A stretch of DNA of 64,000 nucleotides from Paraspadella gotoi. Taxonomy: Eukaryota; Animalia; Chaetognatha. How positions within the stretch are numbered: position 1 is the first letter of the stretch; each line of letters opens with the position of its first letter. The position numbers were made by a program, and so were the translations under genes. This document shows, piece after piece, positions 56,029 to 64,000 of this stretch. The notes beneath the pieces are model-generated. The model saw only the letters and a program-made list of their open reading frames with translations. It had not been told where the DNA came from and did not search any database. The stretch is from contig CM119268.1 in NCBI GenBank assembly GCA_051294375.1, positions 15,501,103 to 15,565,102 of the forward strand. Reading direction: 5' to 3'.

Positions 56029-58289
56029 ACATTTCCGTCGAAAGGTTTAAAGGTTGACCGAGTTTCTCCGAAATTGACTCTCGCTTGGTGACGAAATTCA
56101 AAGATAATTCCGAGAGTTATTGTCACCGTAATTATTTATTTTTAACATTCTGCAATATTTTAAAAATGTCAGTTTCTCTAAGGTTTCGTCAGACCCTAGT
56201 CCCGATCTTCTCTTGAATTAATTCATTTCAGTTTTTAACGGCATGTCATGACTTATTAATAATTTTGATATAAACTTTTGTGTTTCTCTTTTTTTTTTCT
56301 CCAAAATTATATCTTCGCAGTCGGTTTTAAAATTAAAAACGAGCAGTGCCCGTGCCTTAATTGTCTAGTCAAAAAAACCTTTATTTAAAATCTATTCCGC
56401 CACGAAATAAATTCGCTCCTTTCGACATAGGAAAACTTAAAATGTACACCGTTTAAACTCACGAAAAAAAAAAAAAATTAAAGGAACACCGTTTGAGTGA
56501 TTCTCTCAATACCGTTGATAATTTTGTCGTACGCCAACTTGTACCCTAACAATCCGTCGCTCTCTTCCTCGTCTTTACTCCAGTCAAATCCTCATTTCTT
56601 CCGTTGCATGCAATGTTCACCTCTCATCAATCTCAGTATTACACGATTTACAATCAGAACGCCGTTTAACTCATAGACATTTTGTTGTGATGAATAAATA
56701 AAACATTACGCATTCGGTCATTTAAAACGACTTTTTGTTCATACCGAAAATAAAAATTGTCCGTTCTTTTTTTTTAAACAATAATGTTTTTAATCGTACG
56801 CTTTTAAAACAATCTTCTCTGATTTCAGAGTTAATTTTCGTTGAACCGTAGGTGTAAAACTGCTCCGCAATTGTTTATTAATTGTTCATTTATCATTTTG
56901 ACGTCCACACTTGACGTCTTGAGTGTCTCTGTCATAACCTTCGTCTTCCCTTTGTCACTTTGATAATATATTCACCTACAGTTAAATTCAGTTTTTCTTT
57001 TTAAAGTTTTAAAATCGCGCTTGATAAGTCACAAGTCACAAATAAGTTATTTAGAAGGTTGACCTATTCTCTTCTGCTGTATTTGATAAATGTTATGCCT
57101 TACCCTTATATTTTTCTGTCTCTCTCTCTCACGATTTTCGGTTTATCTTAAGTCCTCATAATATCTGAATTATTTTAGCCGTCAAGATTAATATCATTTA
57201 GGTTTATCCTGGTCTAATTTTAAAAAACGGGAGAAAAAAATAGGAAAAAAAAACGGAAAATGAAAAAGAGATAGAAAAAAAAACTAACCAAATATAGTGT
57301 AGTTAAAAAAAAAAGAATTATAGAAAAGAAAAAAATTTAGATTTTTTCTAGATTTTTATCGAAAAACAAGCAACATAAAAAAAGAGACAAAGAAAGAAAG
57401 CATATATATTTAGTATATATATATATATATATTATATATAGCCTTTTTTCTTTCTTTGTCTTTCTCTTTGTTTTTTGTTATTTGATAACAAAATTAGATT
57501 ATGTTCGGACAAGGTGTGCCCTCTTTCGTTTGTTAAACAAAAGATTTAGAGATTTAGTGTTTTAGATTTTTGAGGACCTCGGGAAAGGAGCTATAAAAAT
57601 TTCGGTAGTTCGTTATTTGTTATTTTCTAGTCTAATTAAAAACTGTTGTGAAACGTGTCTCACTATTAATTAAATCAAATGTATATATTTTGAAACCTGC
57701 TAAGTTACTTTTTAGTGACTTTTTAGGATGCCTATTTTTAAAAATACCTACCTCATTAATGCAGCTGCCGATGACATCTTAATCTCACTGCTTGGCGACA
57801 TTTTTTGAAACAACTGGCGACGAGGAGCTAAAATTTTAAGGATGTGCATCAGGATTTTGTTGAAGCGAGTTTGACGGTGTTAATCTGTTGTTACATAGGC
57901 TTCCGATTCTAATTCGACAAACTTTTCGGGCGGAAAGTATCGATCGATTTAGAAGTATAATCCTTTAACTCGCAATTCGCCTGTTGTTACAAGGACCAAG
58001 GATCCGTTATGTACGCCTCCACTTAGTTTGTTTCCAACAGTCACATTCAATATTTTTCGCGTTAAATATATCGGCTATTGACTACAAGGTTCAATTTGTA
58101 GAGCCAAGATCGTAGGTACGTTCTCACTTTGGTTTGGTCTTTTGAAGAAGTGAAATGTTTAAAACTCATCTTCTATCCAAAATTTTTTTTTTATTTGCAA
58201 CAAATTTAGAAACACAACACAAAACAACAAGACATGTAGCATTTGGAATGAAAAGAATTTAGTCGTAGTATGTAAATGAACAAATTTGG

Positions 58290-58635
58290 CTCTCTTTTCT
58301 AGAAGCGCCCCATTTCTGTTCATGAACTTAATTTTGACCTCACTCTTTTACTAAATTTATAATTTAATTTTTAACCTTAATTCATAATACTCGTCCCTAA
58401 CCCTAACTCTAACTTTAAACCCTAATCCTTAATCTTTAATTATAACCTTAAATTAATTAATTAATTAATTATAACCCTAAACCTAAGTTTCTAACCCTAA
58501 TCTTAAACACTAACCTAATCCATAACCTCATCTATAACTAATTCCTTAACCTTAACTATTAACCTAATCTTTAAACCTAAAAATAAACTTAATTCTCAAT
58601 TTAAGATAAAATGGGGCGTTCTGGGAAAATAAAGC
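58290..58635. mobile_element. MITE-like element with imperfect TIRs and an interior of degenerate (CCCTAA/CCTAA)n
   Basis: TTTTCTAGAAGCGCCCCATTT (58295-58315) versus AAATGGGGCGTTCTGGGAAAA (58609-58629). The interior (58370-58590) contains CCCTAACCCTAACTCTAAC, AACCCTAAACCTAA and TAACCTAA variants. Confidence 0.55.
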
Positions 58636-58755
58636 GCAAAAGGTTACTTAGTAAAAAAATAATAAAATTATTTTGATTCCACTCTCGGGACAAAAAGCTG
58701 GGGAAGCAGACAAAAAGACAGATAGGATAAAAATCAAACAAAACATGGCAAAGTT

Positions 58756-59712
58756 TTAAATATTGCTAGTTTCTTCGGTGGGTGAATAACCTTCAAAGGT
58801 TTTCCCTTCCCCGTTCTCTGGTTGACTTCCCAAAACATGACCCACGTGGAACATCAGCCTAGGCGGTCCTTTGGGGCTGTCAACGAACGGCTTGAAGGGC
58901 ACAGAAGGCGATCCGGCTGGAGTTCCGGCTAGGGATCCGGCAAGGGAGCCTCGGCGGCTGCCGGGGGCTCCTGGAGGAAGAGGAGGTGCAACGATTGAGT
59001 TTCTACGAGATCCGGCAATGGAACCGGATATCGAGGTTGGTCGTGATGCGGGGCGCGACGAAGGTAACACAACCGATGACGGGCGTGACGATGGGCGAGA
59101 CCCCGCCCCTGACCCGGCTCGTGATCGAGGGGGCGTTCCGATACGGGGCTGGTGCCCCGCGAAGGCCGATACTGGAACGTAGCCTGAAGGTGGTTGTTGC
59201 CACTTGATGTTGGCGAAGGAGTCCCCAGAGGGTGCGCGAGAGCGTCGCGGAGGCGTTGCCGTCCTAAATGCGGCGCCGTTGTCGACGTCGTCCTCGTTTT
59301 CTTCGGCGCGAGTCTTTGACTTCGACTCCTTCCTGTCAATCGTTTCCGCTGAAGACGAAGCGCGCCGCATCAGGCAGCAGCCGGAACAGAGCAACAACGC
59401 TGCAACGCCGAGGGCGACACCAGCAGCGCTGGTGGCCGCTTGATAGAGGCGACGTTGGAACTCCAGCGACCGGCGCTCGTTTTTGTGGGCGAAGATCTCC
59501 GTCTCGGTTGCGTTGACGCCGAGGGCGCCGAGAATATCAGCGACCTCTGTAGCGTTTGTTTTCGCGTCACGGCGCAACTGTTGCCACCCAATGGTAGCGA
59601 TGATGGAAGCTGGCACGAGTATTGCCAGGCCGACGGCGACTAGACAAAAACCGAAGGAGCATTTGACAAGGTTGCTGAGGAACCTGTAGTATCGATAGAC
59701 AGGACCCGGCAT
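58756..59712 (-). CDS. Intronless uncharacterised two-TM membrane protein (318 aa) with an S/P/R-rich cytoplasmic tail
   Basis: Long GC-rich ORF in AT-rich flanks. It has two hydrophobic segments (FGFCLVAVGLAILVPASIIATIGW; AAGVALGVAALLLCSGCCL), two N-A-T sequons in the loop, and repeated RRxS/RPSS motifs. Confidence 0.8.
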   Translation of the reverse strand: MPGPVYRYYRFLSNLVKCSFGFCLVAVGLAILVPASIIATIGWQQLRRDAKTNATEVADILGALGVNATETEIFAHKNERRSLEFQRRLYQAATSAAGVALGVAALLLCSGCCLMRRASSSAETIDRKESKSKTRAEENEDDVDNGAAFRTATPPRRSRAPSGDSFANIKWQQPPSGYVPVSAFAGHQPRIGTPPRSRAGSGAGSRPSSRPSSVVLPSSRPASRPTSISGSIAGSRRNSIVAPPLPPGAPGSRRGSLAGSLAGTPAGSPSVPFKPFVDSPKGPPRLMFHVGHVLGSQPENGEGKTFEGYSPTEETSNI

Positions 59713-60244
59713 GTTGATGGGTGAAGAAAACTGTTTTAAAAAGCGGTTCAGGAATGAGAGAAGAGCGCAGTTGACATCGAGTTTTATACAACGACTTGAA
59801 AGCCTTCCTCTTGCCTTCTTTCAAGGTTTAAGGTTCAAAACGAGCAGCCGCACGAGTTTTCACCGTCAAACGCTCCGCGCCTGATGCCACAGCGTTGTCT
59901 AGACAGCAAACGACCTCTCTGTCCTTTTCCTCTTTCGTTGAAAGCCGTGATTGATGATGTAAAATTTGTTGACATGAGGGCCGGAGGGCGCCGGCCAAGC
60001 CGATGCCGCCGAGGACGCCGGTTTGGAAAGCGAGGAAGGCAGGAGGACCAGTCTCGCTTCCGGAAGGTCTGTCTGTCGCCTTGTTATGGCACGGTCAACG
60101 AGATAGGCAATTTATTAGGAGAAAGGTAAGGGCCAGGGACACAAGACGCCACTCAAACGCCAATTACGTTAGCGTATGTGGATGTGGGGAGAGGGTGCTC
60201 GCAAGCTCGTGTTCACAGAAGCAATGAAAATTATGAATCTCTCT

Positions 60245-60316
60245 CGGACCAATTAGGGAACGATGGTTTCGATGTACGGCCAATCAAATGGCGGCGTCAG
60301 CGCGTGCACTTCCGGG
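60245..60316. promoter_or_regulatory. Candidate bidirectional promoter between the two-TM gene and melted
   Basis: CCAAT at 60249 and 60280, YY1-like AAATGGCGGC at 60286-60295 and ETS-like ACTTCCGG at 60308-60315, all within 70 bp between divergent genes. Confidence 0.4.
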
Positions 60317-61350
60317 CATCCTCATCTGATGATCATTTGTTTCCCAACAAATTATAAATAGAGTGATGCCGTTTTGTACAGGAGACAAGTAATGACCAAT
60401 TTATCACGGAGTTTCGACTTTCCTAGTTAACTAGTTTTTTCATTATGTGAACAACCCAAACAGTTTTTGTGTTACAATGATGTACTGAAATAGTAACAAA
60501 AGGATGTATTGATTTTATTTTATCTTTTCAACTCTCGAACAAAAGACGAATCCCGTCCGACGGGTCGGTCGATTCTCCAAACACGAGCGCTCGGCCTTCC
60601 CTCGGCGAAGATTGGTTCATGCGTCGATCAAGAGCAACCAATGACTGGCCCCGAATTTTACCGAAAACATGACCAAATAGATCGTGTGTGTGGAGAGAAC
60701 AATCTGTATCGTCTCGAGAAACAGTGTAATCCTCTCTCTCGAGTATAAAATTTGATTGAAAATGTAAAAATCATTCAAATATTCCCTCTGATCCCCCTGA
60801 TTCCTTATGCATAATCTATCATGTAAACCTCCCGGGATGAAAATGAAAAAGCAAAAGCGGATGAAAAATGACTGCGTATGTAGTATAGAAATCATTCGTC
60901 GGACTCGAAGGCGAACGAATCATCATGATTATCATGGAACTACTAAAATTATTGGCTACTGATTCGCTGGGCGACCTCTTTTTGTCCTCAAAATTAATCG
61001 AGAAAGAATAAATCCGACAAAAATGCAATAAAAATAATACTCGAATAACACTCGTCAGTCTTTCAAGTACATCTGCTTTTACAATTTATCTTTCATTAAC
61101 TTTACCCAACGTTTCACAACTCCCTACGCTTTACATCTACATTTTTCGATTTTTTTCTCTCGCAAAAAGGACCCGAATTTTTGCGTCTTGCGCTTCCCCG
61201 CAGGGTCTGGAAGGTGTCATAACTTTTTCTCTCCCCTCTCCTGAAAACGCAAAGATGTGGAGGGGATTGGCGTCGAAGTCATAGTCGTTCCCAAGAAGGG
61301 GGCGTTTTGTCTCTCGCTCACCCGATTCCTACCAAACCCGGGCGGCGTCC

Positions 61351-61846
61351 ATGCACGAGCTGTTCGCGCTCGTCCTCCGCGGACGGGATCTCTCACGCGC
61401 CGGCGACCTCTTCTCGCTCGAGAATGACGAGCTGCTCGGGCACAGGAAGAGGAACGATGGAGTCGGTGGGTTGACTAGAGTGTGGATTGAGATTTGGCGG
61501 TCAAATAAGCAATGTTTAAAATCGTTTATGATGTCATTGATTTATAAAAGATTGAGTTTCTAATTTCTAAGAAAGGACCGTAATTAAAATCATATCAAAC
61601 ATAAAATTCGTCATTTCCCGTTCAGTACAAAATTAGCCATGTCGTGCCATGCCATTAGTAGGAATTGCGTGGGTGGTTGATAAGTAGGAAACGTACTTGT
61701 AATGTGTGCAAGAACAACACCTACAGAGCTACATCGGCTTAATGGACGTTAAACTCTTCTCAGGCTCCGAGGGTGTGTCTCCCATTTTGGCCGAAATCGA
61801 AAAAATCTGTGATTCGCCGGCATACGTTTTCAATGAACACGATCAG

Positions 61847-61903
<57 letters not shown>

Positions 61904-61936
61904 AGATAAAAAACTTAAAACTAAGAAAAAACGAAT

Positions 61937-62029
<93 letters not shown>

Positions 62030-62371
62030 AAAAACACTAAGAAAAAACGAATAAAAAAGTTTTGATATCAAATTATTCATGCATCAATAAAATATGAAAA
62101 ATTTTGTTTTTAAATTTTAAACAAGAACCTAATATGAAAAACGGAAAAAAATTAAAAACGATCGAGTTCTTGGCAAAAAGACTGTGAAAAAAGGAATAAA
62201 AAACACGGATATGAAAAGAAGGAATAAAAGTAAAATATAGAATGAAAAAAAATAGAAAAAACCAAAAAAGAAAGAAGGAATGATAGATAGATACAAGAAA
62301 TATTTTATTTTCCAGATAGATTGAAAGAAAGAAAGAAAGTGAAAATGAAGAAAGAAAGAAAGAAAGAAAAA

Positions 62372-62439
<68 letters not shown>

Positions 62440-63380
62440 GGGGGGAAAAAGAAGAAAAAAAGTAAAAAATAGACCTAAAATAAAAATAAAAGGAAGAAAG
62501 AAAGAAATATTTTATTTTCCAGGCGGTGGTGGAGATCTGTGTCACTCGAGTCTCTTCCTTCCTTCGCGATTCTTCCGACATCGACGTTTCTTCCGCTGCC
62601 ATCGTCTCTCTCTTGTCCGCCTGTTTACGCCACGATCTCGGCGGCGGCGAAAGCGGAGGAGGTGGCGTCGGAACCGGCGCCACCAAATCACCTCACGCCA
62701 ACATTGCTTCCGACGTCATCGCCTGTGTTTTCGTCAATCCCTATGCCAAGGACGCCATCGCTCGGGTAAGTTTTCGTTATTTTAATTGAGATTTTAAAAT
62801 ATCGATATTAACTTATATTATAACTTATATCCTCTCAGGTCATCCCTTTGGCCGTCGAGTTCCTCCGCGCCGACAATCCCGACCTGCGATCCAACATGGT
62901 GTCCTACCTCACCCTGGCTGCGGTCGATCATGCCCCGCTACTGTCGCTGTCCCTGTCTCAGATCGTGGACGCTGTCTGCCGGTCGCACGACGGACGCAGC
63001 GGAAGCCGAGGAAGCGGAGAAGATTCACTCCTCAAACTCATGCCGCGCCTCTACGAACACAACCCCGTCGCCGTCCACGCCGCTGTGCCGAGGCTGGCTC
63101 CGCTTTTCGACGCGCTCGGAGCCGAAAATCAGGTCACAATTGGGAGAAAAAGGACGCCCAATTATTTTTTTTGATAATAAATTAGACATTGTCTTAATTT
63201 TCTTTTTTTTTTCGTTGTGTTTGAAATTTAAAGAAAAAGTTTGAATTGTATTTTTAACAACGATTTTGTTTATTTATATAAAACGGACATGATTCGACTA
63301 AGTTTATAAGTCTTCAGCGTTTGACAGATTTGTGAATAATAAATTAATAATAAATATTAATAAATTATTATTATTATTAA

Positions 63381-63429
<49 letters not shown>

Positions 63430-64000
63430 AATTTTCTGAACTGATTAAGGAAGGAATGACTACTTCGATTCATTTTTTTTTAAAACAATACCCATCTTAG
63501 GTCCTTTTGGCTCAGCTTCTCCTCATTGTCGCCCGCGACGCTCCGGAAGCATTGGCGCCGCAAACTGAGACGCTTCTCGCTGCGCTTGCATCTCTGGCGT
63601 CGTTAACGGCGTCGTCCGGGAACGATGTAGCGGCGACCCCCTCAGTAGCTTTTGACCTTCTATTGGAGGCGCTGACTGAGGTTGCCAAACTGAACGCGCG
63701 CTTTCTCGCAACCAATTTTAAACTCGTGGAGGCTGCGGTGTTCAATGCAAACCCCGCTGCAATGAAGCGGTTCGCAGTCGTTTTGGCAGAAATCGGTAAA
63801 TACGCACTCATAGCGGTAAAAAGATTGTTGTATGAAATTGAAAGAGTCATTCAAGAATTGTTTTAAATTCTTTTTTAGGCAAAGTTGGTGAGGCGGAAGC
63901 AGCGTTATCCTTACCGCTTTTACAGCTGATGCTGCCTAAAACGAAAGGAGAAGCGTTGATCGGAATACTCGAGGCGTTTTTCGTCATTTGCCTTCACTAC
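61351..64000 (+). CDS. melt: Melted / ventricular zone-expressed PH domain protein (VEPH1) homolog, 3'-partial
   Basis: Exons 61351-61465, 61764-61846, 62523-62765, 62839-63132, 63501-63795, 63879->64000 are in phase. MHELFALVLRGRDLSRAGDLFSL, NEHDQAVVEICVTRV, PHANIASDVIAC and NMVSYLTLAA match the conserved Melted/VEPH1 N-terminus. Confidence 0.93.

Overview
Eukaryotic (invertebrate animal) genomic DNA, rich in microsatellites, with short spliceosomal introns. Most ORFs in the supplied track are (CT/AG)n read-through noise, so I reconstructed genes by hand from splice sites and reading-frame phase. From left to right: a 4-exon claudin/PMP22-like gene (-); a ~140-bp G-rich minisatellite array; a 5-exon MARVEL (CMTM/plasmolipin-like) gene (+); and two tandem, divergent paralogs encoding an N-terminal TPR-like region plus a C-terminal HPD (J-domain-like) module (+), only 174 bp apart. 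A ~20 kb gene-poor stretch follows, enriched in TCACGTGA E-boxes. Next comes a ~9.2 kb-arm palindrome holding two mirror copies of a basonuclin/disconnected zinc-finger gene: the + copy is intact but lacks 5' exons, and the - copy is frameshifted and probably a long-read gap-filling artefact. The window ends with an intronless two-TM orphan gene (-) and the 5' part of melted/VEPH1 (+). Small mobile relics include a tRNA-derived SINE, Penelope-type inverted repeats carrying minimal hammerhead ribozyme motifs, and a TIR element filled with degenerate CCCTAA repeats. The best candidates for new biology are the TPR+HPD co-chaperone-like gene pair and the hammerhead-bearing elements. The large duplications should be treated as suspect assembly until checked. 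All family assignments come from recalled motifs; no database searches were run.
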